A stretch of 63,432 bases of DNA, counting the filler. It is 5 parts of 5 records of this genome, joined end to end, with 100 filler letters (N's around TTAATTAATTAA, not from the genome) between each part and the next. Parts side by side here need not be neighbours in the genome. Positions count along the whole stretch, not along the records: positions 28,798 to 52,697 come from SRR20825010_16; 4 more parts are not named here. The stretch is one strand, 5' to 3'. Below the pieces are notes generated by a model. That model saw only the letters and a program-made list of their open reading frames with translations. It did no database searches and was not told the DNA's origin. The stretch's first letter is position 1, and every line of letters begins with the position of its first letter. The position numbers and the translations under genes are program-made. This document shows, piece by piece, positions 32,772 to 45,251 of this stretch.

Positions 32772-33899
32772 TTACTTGGTATCGAAAAACCGTTTAACGC
32801 CTTCGAACCAGCTGCTCTTGCGCGGGTTGTGGCGGTTACCGCCACTCTCCAGAGACTCCTGGAATTTGCGCAACAACTCTTTCTGCTCACCGGACAGCTT
32901 CACCGGGGTCTCGATGACCACCTTGCAGAGCAGATCACCCGGTGCACCACCACGAACCGGTGCCACACCCTTGCCACGCAAACGGAAGACTTTTCCGCTC
33001 TGGGTTTCCACCGGCACTTTCAGCTTCACCTTGCCATTCAGAGTGGGCACATCCAGCTCACCACCGAGAGAGGCGTCGACAAAACTGATCGGTACTTCGC
33101 AGAACAGGTTGTCACCATCGCGCTGGAAGATGTCGTGCTCACGCACGGCCACCTGAACATACAAATCACCGGACGGCGCGCCGTGCATGCCCGCCTCGCC
33201 CTCACCGGCAAGACGGATGCGGTCACCGGTATCCACGCCCGCCGGAATCTTCACCGACAGGGTCTTGGTGTTCTGCACTCGACCCTGCCCGCCGCAGCTG
33301 CCACAGGGATCCTTGATGATCTTGCCTTCACCCTTACAGGTGGGGCACGCCTGCTGCACGGTAAAGAAACCCTGCTGCATCCGCACCTGGCCGACGCCGC
33401 CACAGGTCGTACACGCCACCGGCTGGCTGCCTTCCTTCGCGCCACTGCCATGACAGACATCACAGCTGTCCCAGGTGGGGATACGGATCTTTTCATCACA
33501 ACCGCGCACCGCCTGTTCAAGGGTCAGCTCCAACGTATAACGCAGGTCTGCACCGCGGGCGGGGCCACGGCGTCCACCGCCGCTGCCTCCGAAGATATCA
33601 CCAAAGATATCGCCGAAGATGTCACCAAAACCACCGCCGCCGAAGCCGCCGCCAGCACCGGCGCCACCCTGACCGTTAACGCCGGCATGGCCGAACTGGT
33701 CATAGGCCGCACGCTTCTGCTCGTCGGCAAGGACTTCGTAGGCTTCTTTCGCTTCCTTGAACTTAGCCAACGCCTCTTCATCATCCGGATTACGGTCCGG
33801 ATGGTATTTCATCGCCAGGCGACGATAAGCCTTTTTCAGGTCCTGGGCGCTGGCATCTTTGGCTGCACCCAGCACTTCATAATAATCACGTTTGGACAT
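32772..33899 (-). CDS. dnaJ: chaperone DnaJ
   Basis: HPD J-domain, G/F region, four CxxCxGxG repeats. Confidence 0.98.
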   Translation of the reverse strand: MSKRDYYEVLGAAKDASAQDLKKAYRRLAMKYHPDRNPDDEEALAKFKEAKEAYEVLADEQKRAAYDQFGHAGVNGQGGAGAGGGFGGGGFGDIFGDIFGDIFGGSGGGRRGPARGADLRYTLELTLEQAVRGCDEKIRIPTWDSCDVCHGSGAKEGSQPVACTTCGGVGQVRMQQGFFTVQQACPTCKGEGKIIKDPCGSCGGQGRVQNTKTLSVKIPAGVDTGDRIRLAGEGEAGMHGAPSGDLYVQVAVREHDIFQRDGDNLFCEVPISFVDASLGGELDVPTLNGKVKLKVPVETQSGKVFRLRGKGVAPVRGGAPGDLLCKVVIETPVKLSGEQKELLRKFQESLESGGNRHNPRKSSWFEGVKRFFDTK

Positions 33900-33915
33900 A
33901 GACAAGCCTTTGGCT

Positions 33916-33990
33916 TAGCCAGACGCCCGACGCCGGAGGCCAGACGCAGAAGCTAAAAAGCATCCACGTCCAGCGTCCGGCGTCAGGCTA
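33916..33990. repeat. inverted heptamer-repeat hairpin in dnaK-dnaJ spacer
   Basis: gccagac gcccgac gccggag gccagac ... gtccagc gtccggc gtcaggc. Confidence 0.75.
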
Positions 33991-34001
33991 TCAGGCGTTA
34001 C

Positions 34002-35927
<1,926 letters not shown>

Positions 35928-36005
35928 AGTCGTTCTATCTCCTTCACACCAGCCGGGGCCCTGTCGGCGCCCCAGGCAGTTGAATTGTTAATTCGTCTGG
36001 CTCCT

Positions 36006-36033
36006 ATATGGCGGTCATGCCCGCCGTTTCAAG
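36006..36033 (-). promoter_or_regulatory. sigma32 promoter of dnaK
   Basis: CTTGAA-N14-CGCCATAT. Confidence 0.8.
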
Positions 36034-36061
36034 GGGCCGCAATGCTTTTTCCCGTCCCGAA

Positions 36062-36646
36062 TCAGGGGGCCTTACTGACCACCACCCGAGCCGGGCGAAT
36101 CAGGCGCCCATTGAGCTGGTAGCCCTTCTCCAGCACCTCAATCACGGTGTTGGGATCCACATTAGGGACCGGCACCATGGTCATGGCTTCGTGCAATTCC
36201 GGGTTGAACGGCTCGTCCGCCGGGCTGATCTGCTCCAGGTTGTACCGGGCAAACGCATCCAGCAGGGATTTCAATGTCAGCTCGATGCCTTCACGGGCGC
36301 CTTTAAGGGCCTCGTCGTCGGCATCCAACGCGGCCAGGCCACGTTCCAGGTTATCGGCCACGCTCAACAGGTCGCCGGCGAACTTCTCCAGGGCAAACTT
36401 GCGGGCGTGCTGCACATCGCGCTCAGCGCGTTTGCGTACATTCTGCACTTCGGCCTGGGCACGAACATCCGCCTCCGCCAGCGCCTTCTTGACCTTGGCC
36501 AGCTCGACCTCAGCTTCAGCCAGCTTCTCTTCAACAGTGGGCTCCGCCTGCTCAGCTTCGGCTTCAGCGGCCGCCGCAGCCTGCTGCTCTTCCACAGTTT
36601 CTACCTGCGGCTCGGCGCCCTTCTGTTCTTTTTCCTGTTCACTCAT
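36062..36646 (-). CDS. grpE: nucleotide exchange factor GrpE
   Basis: [36 protein letters not shown]. Confidence 0.97.
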   Translation of the reverse strand: MSEQEKEQKGAEPQVETVEEQQAAAAAEAEAEQAEPTVEEKLAEAEVELAKVKKALAEADVRAQAEVQNVRKRAERDVQHARKFALEKFAGDLLSVADNLERGLAALDADDEALKGAREGIELTLKSLLDAFARYNLEQISPADEPFNPELHEAMTMVPVPNVDPNTVIEVLEKGYQLNGRLIRPARVVVSKAP

Positions 36647-36697
36647 TACTCACTCCACATCCCCGACCGGGGCCTTATCTCAGGAAAGCCGGCAAAG

Positions 36698-36725
36698 ATA
36701 TGGGAACTGATGGTCTGGATTCAAG
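36698..36725 (-). promoter_or_regulatory. sigma32 promoter of grpE
   Basis: CTTGAA-N14-TCCCATAT. Confidence 0.8.
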
Positions 36726-36736
36726 GGGGGAAGGAG

Positions 36737-36885
36737 CAGTTGACAGTGGATAGTGGACAGTTAACAGCGCTGCGGGATACCCCAGCCAGCTTCTGAGACG
36801 CAAGAGGCCGCGCCAATAAGCCTGGCGCGGCCTCATACGTTCCAAGATCAACAACCTCGCCCGCGCAGCTGTCAACTATCCACTG
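36737..36885. repeat. inverted heptamer-repeat element enclosing an inner hairpin, hrcA-grpE spacer
   Basis: cagttga cagtgga tagtgga cagttaa cag ... ctgtcaa ctatcca ctg; inner stem GAGGCCGCGCCA/TGGCGCGGCCTC. Confidence 0.78.
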
Positions 36886-36888
36886 AGG

Positions 36889-37938
36889 TTATAGCTGGGT
36901 CAGAGCTGCCGAGAGGATCTTGGCGGTGATATCCACGGTGGGAATCACTTTCTCGTAATCCATACGAGTGGGACCAACCACCGCCAACACACCCGCCGGG
37001 CCGTTATCGGCCTTGTAGGGCGCAGAAATCAGCGAATAGTCCTCAAACGGCTGGAAGCCGGATTCACGACCGATGAAGATCTGCACTCCATCCGCCTTGA
37101 TGGAACGCTCCAGCAGGTGAAGGATATCGCGCTTGTGGTTAAAGGCGTCGAACAGGTTACGCAGCTGCCCCAGGTTTTCCGCCTCGGTGGACTGAATCAG
37201 GTTGGACTCCCCGGAGACCACATAGTCGGAGTCGGGACGCTCGGTACGCAGGGCCTTGTCCGCCACCGCCACCGCCGTCTGCATCAGGGCATCCATCTGC
37301 TGGCGATCGGTGTTCATGGTATGCAGCAACCCATCGCAGATGCTGTTCAGGTCACAGCCCGCATAGGTGTGATTGATGTAACTGGCCGCCTGACGCAGCT
37401 CCACCTCATCGTAATCCCGGTCGGTATGAATAATGCGGTTCTGCACTTCGGAGCGATTCACCACCAACACCACCAGCACCCGCCTGCCCGACAGCGGCAG
37501 GAACTCCACCTGCCGCAAGGTCGACACCTCACGGCGCGGCACCGCCACCAGCCCAGCCATGCGCGTCAACTCCGCCAGGGTTTTTGAGGCCTGGGCGATC
37601 AACTCCTGAGAGGACTGCTCCGGCGCCAGCAACTGGCGGAGCTCATTTTTCAGGTGCCGATGATCCGGGCGCTCCATGACACTGGTCGCCAACAGCGAAT
37701 CCACATACAGGCGATACCCCAGCTCCGTGGGAATGCGACCCGCCGAGGTGTGCGGACTACTCAGCACACCCAGCTCCTCCAGCTCCGACATGATGTTGCG
37801 CACCGTGGCCGGGCTCACCGTCAGGCCGCTGCCACCGGCCAGTGTCTTTGAGCCCACGGGCTGACCGTCACGGATATGCCGTTCCACCAGCGTCATCAGC
37901 AGGCGTTGTTTACGTTCGTTGAGATCCAGCTTTGCCAT
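36889..37938 (-). CDS. hrcA: heat-inducible transcription repressor HrcA
   Basis: PVGSK, SPATVRN, HTSAGRIPT, VVGPTRMDY. Confidence 0.96.
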   Translation of the reverse strand: MAKLDLNERKQRLLMTLVERHIRDGQPVGSKTLAGGSGLTVSPATVRNIMSELEELGVLSSPHTSAGRIPTELGYRLYVDSLLATSVMERPDHRHLKNELRQLLAPEQSSQELIAQASKTLAELTRMAGLVAVPRREVSTLRQVEFLPLSGRRVLVVLVVNRSEVQNRIIHTDRDYDEVELRQAASYINHTYAGCDLNSICDGLLHTMNTDRQQMDALMQTAVAVADKALRTERPDSDYVVSGESNLIQSTEAENLGQLRNLFDAFNHKRDILHLLERSIKADGVQIFIGRESGFQPFEDYSLISAPYKADNGPAGVLAVVGPTRMDYEKVIPTVDITAKILSAALTQL

Positions 37939-38085
37939 GGGAGTATATGTACCAGAAAATCGCCCCCTTATTATATAGAGAAGCGCGCCGGGGTTTCATC
38001 GGCAGGGGCTTACACTCGGCGGGAGAATCCCCTACCATTAACCACTACTGCCCATAAGAACAGTCATAATCACAAGGATGTCATC

Positions 38086-38613
38086 ATGACCGACGAAAGC
38101 CCAAACAACCCCTACCAGGCACCAGACAGCACCAGCCAGAAGCCCGCAACCCCCGGCTCGCCGGCATTGGCCAGCCGCCTGTACCGTTTTCTGGGCTCCA
38201 TCATTGATGGCCTGGTGCAGCTCGTGGTGATCGGCCCGATCATTTATTTCAGTGGCATCTGGGACGCCATGATGCAAGGCACTGGCGACATCAGCCTGGC
38301 CACCAGCGCCGGCCTGTTTATCGCCGGGGAACTGATCTTCCTGGCCCTGCAGGGCTGGCTGTTGTTCAACCGCCAGCAGACCATCGGCAAAGCGATTCTC
38401 AACATGCGCATCGTCGGCATGGAGCAGGACAACGTGCCAGCCGGCAAGCTCTATGGCCTGCGCTATTTTGTTTTCCACGTGCTTGCCCAGCTGCCCGGTG
38501 TCAACCTGATCATGATTGTCGACCCGTTACTGATTTTCCGGTCCGACCGCCGCTGCCTGCACGACCACCTTGCCGGCACCCAGGTCATCCAGACCCAGAG
38601 CACCACTGCTTAA
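38086..38613 (+). CDS. RDD family membrane protein
   Basis: ASRLYR...IID, QTIGK...MRIV, RRCLHD.LAGT; ATG 38086 behind AAGGA. Confidence 0.85.
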   Translation: MTDESPNNPYQAPDSTSQKPATPGSPALASRLYRFLGSIIDGLVQLVVIGPIIYFSGIWDAMMQGTGDISLATSAGLFIAGELIFLALQGWLLFNRQQTIGKAILNMRIVGMEQDNVPAGKLYGLRYFVFHVLAQLPGVNLIMIVDPLLIFRSDRRCLHDHLAGTQVIQTQSTTA

Positions 38614-38643
38614 CAACGATTTCGCCTGTTCCGGAGGAACACC

Positions 38644-40311
38644 ATGCTGACACACTTGAGCGTTCGTCATTTTGCCACCGTTGACCAGTTGGAACTGGAA
38701 CCCGAGAACGGGCTCACTGTCATCAGCGGCGAAACCGGGGCAGGCAAATCCGTCATTATCGACGCCCTTGGGCTCACCCTCGGGGATCGCGCCGATTCAT
38801 CCATCGTTCGCCATGGCCACGACCGCGCCGAAGTGCTGGCTACCTTCGACCTGAGCGACAACCCCGCCGCACGCCAATGGCTGGCCGAACGGGAACTGGA
38901 TGATGAAGAGCAATGCCTGCTGCGCCGCACCGTGCGCGCCGACGGCCGCTCCCGAGCCTATGTGAACGGCACCCCCACTCCGCTGGCCGAAGTACGCGAA
39001 CTGGGCGAACGCCTGATCAGCATCCACAGCCAGCACGAACATCAGGCCCTGCTGAAAAAAGACGCCCACCGGCAGCTGCTGGACAACTTCGCCGATGCCC
39101 GCGACCTTGCCAACAGCGTGCGCGAGCACTGGCGCCACTGGCAAAAAGCCCGCCGCGCCCACGATGAAGCCCTCAACCAGGCCCGAGAACAGAACGAAAA
39201 AGAGGAATTGCTGCGCTTCCAGCTGGAAGAACTGGACGCTCTCGCCCTGCAAGACGGAGAACTGGAGCAGCTGGAGCAAGAACAGCAGCGGCTGGGCAAC
39301 GCAGAAAGCCTGATCCGCGTCTGCCAGCAATCACTGAACGCGCTCTACGAGGGCGACGACGGCACCTGCAACGACCACCTTAGCCAGGTCAGCCACTGGC
39401 TGGATGACGCCCGCAACAACGACGACGGCCTGGGCAGCATTGCCGACACCGTGGAGTCCGCCCGCCTGCAAGTGGAAGCCGCCGCGGACGACCTGCGCCA
39501 TTATCTGGAAAAACTGGATCTGGACCCGGCGCGCCTGAGTCAGGTAGAAGAGCGCCTGAGCCAGTGTTACACCCTGGCCCGCAAACACCGCATCCGACCG
39601 GAAGAACTGGTGGAACATCACCGCAGCCTGCTGGCCGAATCCGATGCGCTGGGCAATGTGGACGCCCACCTGCACGCCCTGGCCGAACAGGAAAGCACCG
39701 CCCAGCAGCACTATATGGATAACGCCCGCAAGCTCAGCAAGGCCCGCCGCAGCGCCGCCAAAACCCTGAGCCAGCAGGTGCAAAAACAATTGACAGCCCT
39801 GGGCATGAAGGCCGCCCAACTGGATGCTCGCCTCAGCGACTGCAGCCCCACGCTCGACGGCCTGGAAGAGGTGGAATTCCTGTTTACCGCCAACCCGGGT
39901 CAGCCACTCAAACCCCTGGGCAAGGTGGCGTCCGGTGGCGAACTGTCCCGGGTCAGCCTGGCCATTCAGGTGATCTGCGCGCGCAACCTGACCGTACCCT
40001 GCCTGGTGTTCGATGAAGTGGACGTGGGCGTGGGCGGCGGCGTGGCTGAAATCGTCGGCCGGCTACTGCGCGAGCTGGGTCAGCACGCCCAGGTACTGTG
40101 CATTACCCACCAGCCACAGGTCGCCAGCCAGGGCCATCAGCACTGGCAGGTACACAAGATTCAGGGAGACGACACCACCCACACCCGCATTCAGGGGCTC
40201 GACGAGACCGCCAGAGTGGAAGAGCTGGCACGGATGCTGGGCGGCGTGGAAATCACCGAATCCACCCGCAACCACGCCAAAGAGATGCTGAGCAAAGCCC
40301 AGGCCGCATGA
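38644..40311 (+). CDS. recN: DNA repair protein RecN
   Basis: GETGAGKS, SQHEHQ, ASGGELSR, FDEVD, ITHQPQ. Confidence 0.97.
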   Translation: MLTHLSVRHFATVDQLELEPENGLTVISGETGAGKSVIIDALGLTLGDRADSSIVRHGHDRAEVLATFDLSDNPAARQWLAERELDDEEQCLLRRTVRADGRSRAYVNGTPTPLAEVRELGERLISIHSQHEHQALLKKDAHRQLLDNFADARDLANSVREHWRHWQKARRAHDEALNQAREQNEKEELLRFQLEELDALALQDGELEQLEQEQQRLGNAESLIRVCQQSLNALYEGDDGTCNDHLSQVSHWLDDARNNDDGLGSIADTVESARLQVEAAADDLRHYLEKLDLDPARLSQVEERLSQCYTLARKHRIRPEELVEHHRSLLAESDALGNVDAHLHALAEQESTAQQHYMDNARKLSKARRSAAKTLSQQVQKQLTALGMKAAQLDARLSDCSPTLDGLEEVEFLFTANPGQPLKPLGKVASGGELSRVSLAIQVICARNLTVPCLVFDEVDVGVGGGVAEIVGRLLRELGQHAQVLCITHQPQVASQGHQHWQVHKIQGDDTTHTRIQGLDETARVEELARMLGGVEITESTRNHAKEMLSKAQAA

Positions 40312-40316
40312 CAAGA

Positions 40317-40384
40317 GACGCTTCATGCTTCACGCAACAGGCTCCACGCCCGCGTGCAGCATGAAGCGTGCTACGTGACGCGTC
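40317..40384. repeat. inverted heptamer-repeat hairpin between convergent recN and fur
   Basis: cttcatg cttcacg caacagg ctccacg ... gcgtgca gcatgaa gcgtgct acgtgac. Confidence 0.75.
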
Positions 40385-40789
40385 TTATTTCTTCTTCGGC
40401 TTGACGTACAGTACCAGCGAATGATCCACGATTTCGTAACCGTGCTCCTCGGCAATGGCGTGCTGGCGCTTCTCAATCACGTCATCCATGAATTCCACCA
40501 CCTGGCCGGTTTCCATGCACACCATATGGTCGTGATGGTCCTCATCGGCCAGTTCGAACACGGCGGAGCCGCCTTCAAAGTTGTGACGCAGCACCATGCC
40601 CGCCTGCTCGAACTGGGTCAGCACGCGGTATACCGTGGCCAGCCCCACATCTTCGCCGGAATCCATCAGTGACTTGTAGATGTCTTCGGCGCTCAAGTGG
40701 CGCTCTTCGGACTTCTCCAGTTGCTGCAGGATTTTCACCCGCGGCAGGGTCACTTTAAGGCCCGCTTTTCTGAGATCCTGATTATCCAA
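40385..40789 (-). CDS. fur: ferric uptake regulator
   Basis: LRKAGLKVTLPR, GLATVYRVL, HHDHMVC; TTG start behind GGAG. Confidence 0.96.
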   Translation of the reverse strand: MDNQDLRKAGLKVTLPRVKILQQLEKSEERHLSAEDIYKSLMDSGEDVGLATVYRVLTQFEQAGMVLRHNFEGGSAVFELADEDHHDHMVCMETGQVVEFMDDVIEKRQHAIAEEHGYEIVDHSLVLYVKPKKK

Positions 40790-40975
40790 TGCGTATGCTC
40801 CATCTGCCAATCAATGGCGGTTTTGAAAAGGGCGGGAATCTGTACTACCTGGGCGCCAAGGCGAACTCATCGCCCTGCTGGCTGTCCATGGAACAGGTCC
40901 AGACAGCCAGACCGGAGTTTGTCATAGGTTCCCAAGTCTGTATTATCGCCCGAACACTTAGCGAAGTCGAAAATC

Positions 40976-41383
40976 ATGCCCCGCATTCTTGTTTTACTGA
41001 CACTGATATCCCTTCTGGCCACCGCTGGCTGCAGCTCACTGCGCTTCCCCGGCGTCTACCGAATTGATATCCCGCAAGGCAACTTCGTCACCGAAGACAT
41101 GCTCAGCGAACTGCAACCTGGCATGTCGCCGGAGCAAGTCCGTTATGTTCTCGGGGCGCCTACCCTGGTAGACCCGTTCACCCCGGACCTGTGGCTCTAT
41201 CCAATGACGTATCGCCCCGGCAAGGGCGACAAGGTCAGTCAGACCATTTCCGTGTACTTCGAAAACGGCACCTACAGCCGCTACGAAGGCGAGGTAATCG
41301 ACGACTTCAAGGCCAAGACTTCCGGCCGTAATGACCTGGAGCTGCAGCGCAAAGCCGCCGACCGCAAGGATGACGCCGGATAA
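40976..41383 (+). CDS. bamE: outer membrane assembly lipoprotein BamE/OmlA
   Basis: Lipobox TAGC; YRIDI.QGN, GMS.EQVR..LG.P; divergent from fur. Confidence 0.93.
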   Translation: MPRILVLLTLISLLATAGCSSLRFPGVYRIDIPQGNFVTEDMLSELQPGMSPEQVRYVLGAPTLVDPFTPDLWLYPMTYRPGKGDKVSQTISVYFENGTYSRYEGEVIDDFKAKTSGRNDLELQRKAADRKDDAG

Positions 41384-41431
41384 GCGTCATCCTGTATTGC
41401 CCACTTTGCTGACTCACCGCTCCGTAGCCTC

Positions 41432-41740
41432 TCAGCCCTTGCCTGCAGAGGCTTTTTCTTTCGCCCGCTTCTTGCGGTTGAGCTTTGGATCCGCCGTTAA
41501 CGGACGATAGATCTCTACCCGCTCTCCTGCTTTGAGCACATGCCCGGCAGGATTTGCCACCACCTTTCCGAAGACCCCCATGGGCGCCTTGCCCAATTCC
41601 AGGTCGGCAAATTGCTCGTCGATCCCCGACAACCGGGCAGCTTCCAGCATGGTGGTCCCTTCAGGCACATCCAGACCAATCAAACGCTGCTTTTCCGGCA
41701 GCGCATAGGTCACTTCCACATGAATCATTGCATCGCTCAC
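41432..41740 (-). CDS. ratB: RnfH/RatB ubiquitin-like protein
   Basis: VEVTYALP, GVFGK, RVEIYRPL.ADPK. Confidence 0.9.
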   Translation of the reverse strand: MSDAMIHVEVTYALPEKQRLIGLDVPEGTTMLEAARLSGIDEQFADLELGKAPMGVFGKVVANPAGHVLKAGERVEIYRPLTADPKLNRKKRAKEKASAGKG

Positions 41741-43302
41741 TGGGCGGGCTCCACCGCCGGCGGCGCGGTTGGCACCTCGCCAGCGTCGTCATCAGCAGGT
41801 TCTGCCACGGGTGCCGGCACCTCGGCTTCAGCCCCAACGCCCGGTGTCTCTGACACTGCCGGAGCAACCGGTTGTGGCTCCAACACAGGGGCAGCCTCTT
41901 CAGCCGGGGCCACCGCACTCCAAATGGAGTACACAAACAGCGCCACCACTGCCGCCGGGGAGAAAATTCGCACCAGCGCGCGCCACACCAGATACAGCTT
42001 GAAGTTCTTGATGCCCAGCTCCTTGCGCGCCTGAGTCTCTTTCATCACCCAGCCAGCAAAGATGGCAATCAGCAGGCCACCCAGCGGCAACATCACCGTG
42101 GTGGACAGGAATTCCATATTGTCGAAGAAGGTGCCCGCCAGGAACGTATTGTCCTTCCAGACATTGAACGACAGCACCGATCCCACACCCAGCAACCAGG
42201 CACCCAGCCCGACCACAATAGCGGCCTTGGCGCGAGTCAGCCCCTTTTCCACCAACCAGGCTACCACCGGCTCACCCAGGCTGATGGACGAGCTCCACGC
42301 GGCGCACACCACCAGCAGGAAGAACAGGGAACCGAACAGAACCCCACCGGGGATACTGCCGAACGCCAACGGCAGGGTCACAAACATCATGCCCGGGCCC
42401 TGCCCTACTTCCAGCCCGCCGGAGAACAGCAGCGGAAACATGGCCATGCCGGCTCCCAGCGCCACCAGCGTATCCAGCACCGCAATAATGGCCACGGTAG
42501 AAAGAATCGATACCGGCTTCTTTTTCCCGGTTTTCGGATTGGTCACCTCGCGGGGCATGTAGGCCCCATAGGCCATGATTGCCCCCATGCCCAGGCTCAG
42601 CGTGAAGAACGCCTGCCCCACGGCCACCAGCACGGCTTTGCCGGTCAACTTGGAGAAATCAAACGCAAACAGAAAGTGCATGCCCTCGCTAAAGCCGGGC
42701 GTGGTCGCCGCGTAGCCCACCAGCACCAGCAACAGCACAAACAACAGAGGCATTAGCACCTGCACGGCTTTTTCCAGCCCGCCTTTAACCCCGCGCGCCA
42801 CCACCACCATGGTGAGCAGCATGAAGAGCGAGTGATAACCCAGCATCAACCAGGGATCAGCCAGCATGCTGTCGAAGTGCGCCTCGGACTGCGTCGCCGT
42901 AATACCCTCAAAGGCACCCCGCGCCGCCTCCCAAGTGTAATACAGTGCCCAGCTGGCCACCGCAGAATAAAACGACAGAATCAGAAACGCGGACAATGCG
43001 CCCATGATTCCGATGCCTGCCCAACGCTGGGTGACCTTGCTCTCACTGGCAAGCTTGCGCATGGTGTTGATCGGACTCAGCCCACCCTTGCGGCCCAGCA
43101 TCACCTCTGCGGCCATAATGGGAATACCCACCACCGCAATACACAACAGGTACAGCAGCACAAACGCGCCGCCCCCGTTTTCCCCGGTGATATACGGGAA
43201 CCGCCAGATGTTACCCAGCCCCACCGCCGACCCGGTCGCAGCCAGAATAAACACCCAACGGCTGCCCCACATTCCATGGACCGACTTGTTTTCTTGCTTC
43301 AT
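41737..43302 (-). CDS. sodium-dependent transporter (NSS/SNF family) with Pro/Ala/Glu-rich tail
   Basis: GSAVGLGNIWRFPY and QAFFTLSLG. Confidence 0.93.
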   Translation of the reverse strand: MKQENKSVHGMWGSRWVFILAATGSAVGLGNIWRFPYITGENGGGAFVLLYLLCIAVVGIPIMAAEVMLGRKGGLSPINTMRKLASESKVTQRWAGIGIMGALSAFLILSFYSAVASWALYYTWEAARGAFEGITATQSEAHFDSMLADPWLMLGYHSLFMLLTMVVVARGVKGGLEKAVQVLMPLLFVLLLVLVGYAATTPGFSEGMHFLFAFDFSKLTGKAVLVAVGQAFFTLSLGMGAIMAYGAYMPREVTNPKTGKKKPVSILSTVAIIAVLDTLVALGAGMAMFPLLFSGGLEVGQGPGMMFVTLPLAFGSIPGGVLFGSLFFLLVVCAAWSSSISLGEPVVAWLVEKGLTRAKAAIVVGLGAWLLGVGSVLSFNVWKDNTFLAGTFFDNMEFLSTTVMLPLGGLLIAIFAGWVMKETQARKELGIKNFKLYLVWRALVRIFSPAAVVALFVYSIWSAVAPAEEAAPVLEPQPVAPAVSETPGVGAEAEVPAPVAEPADDDAGEVPTAPPAVEPAQ

Positions 43303-43470
43303 AACACCATTACCCTTATTCGCGTGGCGGTATTGTCTTTTTTTTGGCAGGGCGGCTCAAGTGACGGCCAGTAACAGCGCAAACGATGGTAAGCAGTCAC
43401 TCACCCCGTACCAGCCTCCCCGGACAAACCGCTATCAGCCACTCACCCCTTGCTCTATAATCGCCGCCCT

Positions 43471-43950
43471 ATGGGAAAAGCCAACAAAAAAGCCAAAGCA
43501 CCGTCGGCCACCATTGCGCAAAACCGCAAGGCACGCCACGAATATCACCTGGAAGAACACTTCGAAGCCGGCCTGGTATTGGAAGGCTGGGAAGTGAAAT
43601 CCCTGCGTGCCGGCAAAGGTAACCTGACAGAAGCCTACGTCTTGCTGAAAAACGGCGAGGCCTTCCTGTTTGGGGCCCGTTTCGAGCCGCTCAACACCGC
43701 CAGCACCCACGTGAACCCTGATCCGACACGCACGCGCAAACTGCTGCTGCACCGTCGAGAGCTGGGGCGGGTATTTGGTGGCGTACAGAAAGACGGCTTC
43801 ACCTGTGTGCCGGTGAGCCTGTACTGGAAGAAAGGGTTCGCCAAGTGCGACATCGCACTGGCAAAAGGCAAGCAGAAATTCGACAAGCGCGCCACAGAGA
43901 AAGAGCGCGACTGGAATCGCCAGAAGCAGCGCATACTGCGGCAGAGGTAA
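43471..43950 (+). CDS. smpB: SsrA-binding protein
   Basis: [33 protein letters not shown]. Confidence 0.97.
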   Translation: MGKANKKAKAPSATIAQNRKARHEYHLEEHFEAGLVLEGWEVKSLRAGKGNLTEAYVLLKNGEAFLFGARFEPLNTASTHVNPDPTRTRKLLLHRRELGRVFGGVQKDGFTCVPVSLYWKKGFAKCDIALAKGKQKFDKRATEKERDWNRQKQRILRQR

Positions 43951-44001
43951 CACCGTAAGGCGTCACACCCTGCCGCCGGGCACTGTCTCAGGCTAACGCG
44001 A

Positions 44002-44286
44002 TTACGCCGTGTGGCGGGTATTCACGTCCTGTGCACGGCTATCCCCGCGCAGCTGCCAGTAAAGCTGCAACCAAGCGCGAAGCACCGCAGGCATGAAGTA
44101 AACGGCGAACAGAATCACGGGGATCCGCGCTTCCGGCGTCGCCAGGCCCACCAGATAAATACCTGCTGCGTACGCAGCCAGCGCAAACACCAACTGCAAC
44201 ACTCTATAAAGCAGCGGCTGAGCCTTCAAAGGCGACAGTGCCTTCTCGGAAACTTGCCCTGCTGACCGAAAGATCGTGTTCATCAT
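44002..44286 (-). CDS. small membrane hypothetical protein
   Basis: Two hydrophobic segments; AGGAG upstream of ATG. Confidence 0.5.
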   Translation of the reverse strand: MMNTIFRSAGQVSEKALSPLKAQPLLYRVLQLVFALAAYAAGIYLVGLATPEARIPVILFAVYFMPAVLRAWLQLYWQLRGDSRAQDVNTRHTA

Positions 44287-44649
44287 CCTTCTCCTTCAAT
44301 GAACGACAATGCTTTGATCAGCGGCCTTCTTGATACGTCAATCTCAAGGCTCGCTGTAAAGCCATTGTGTGGTACACAATATTTGAGCCCGATGCCCTTG
44401 GGTCGCTTATGGCTGCCAGTGCATCGCTTGCTCAACCTCACCACTGACCGATGTAACCTTGCCGTGGTGACACCGCTATAGTGCGCCCGAAAGATGACAG
44501 CACAAGGGTTTTAGGTTGGATTGTCCGACAACAGCTGTGTATTCAGGTAACACTTTTCACATTCTGATTACGATTTGAACTTTATTCACGTCGCCTGCCA
44601 CCAATACAAGGCCACTTCCGCCGCCACCCAACATTTCACCTCCCCGCAC

Positions 44650-44685
44650 ATTGAAATCGACTTCCCCACCCCCATCCCTTAGAAT
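44650..44685 (+). promoter_or_regulatory. overlapping sigma32-like and sigma70-like promoter motifs upstream of ssrA
   Basis: ATTGAA-N14-CCCCAT and TCGACT-N17-TAGAAT. Confidence 0.5.
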
Positions 44686-44697
44686 GAACCCATCACA

Positions 44698-45054
44698 GGG
44701 GCCGACCTGGATTCGACGCCGGTACTGAATTCTGTGGTGCATGCCGAGAAGGTCACGAGTCTCGTAAATCATTTGTGGCACATTAAAGCAATCGCAAACG
44801 ACGATTCTTACGCACTAGCAGCTTAAACCCTGCTTATCGCCAATCGACCCTGCCTGTGGGGAAGAGCGGCGAGCATCGCAACACAGGCTCGCAGCAAAGT
44901 CCGCCCCGGATGGCGCTGTTAAAACTCTTAGGGGCTCGGCTTTCACGTCCTGCCAGTTGGGTTGTGAAGGCTTAAATCAATAAACATGGCTAAGCATGTA
45001 GATCTGCAGATGGATTGCTGACGGACGCGGGTTCGATTCCCGCCGGCTCCACCA
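44698..45054 (+). ncRNA. ssrA: tmRNA, tag ANDDSYALAA
   Basis: 5' GGGGCCGACCTGGATTCGAC; tag frame GCAAACGACGATTCTTACGCACTAGCAGCTTAA at 44794-44826; 3' GGTTCGATTCCCGCCGGCTCCACCA; near smpB. Confidence 0.97.
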
Positions 45055-45067
45055 AACAGCAAGTAAT

Positions 45068-45101
45068 AAAAAGGGCCACCCCGATGGGGTGGCCCTTTTT
45101 T
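45068..45101 (+). terminator. intrinsic (likely bidirectional) terminator after ssrA
   Basis: AAAAA-GGGCCACCCC-GAT-GGGGTGGCCC-TTTTTT. Confidence 0.9.
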
Positions 45102-45251
45102 GTGCTGCGCACGTCTGACGCCATTGATTATGTTCCCGCAAGAGACTCTTCCGCCATTAACAAACCCAGACTCAAACCTTTGTACGTCACAAGCAATTCC
45201 ATTAGATTGACCGTGCCTCCGAGAACAACGAACGCCCCATGGAGAAAAAGC

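Noticed and set aside
35928-38085. CIRCE operator near hrcA/grpE/dnaK
   Set aside because: No TTAGCACTC-N9-GAGTGCTAA found; only sigma32-type promoters are visible
45015-45251. HNH ORF starting inside tmRNA
   Set aside because: It would overlap the ssrA 3' end and terminator; GTG 45252 has an RBS
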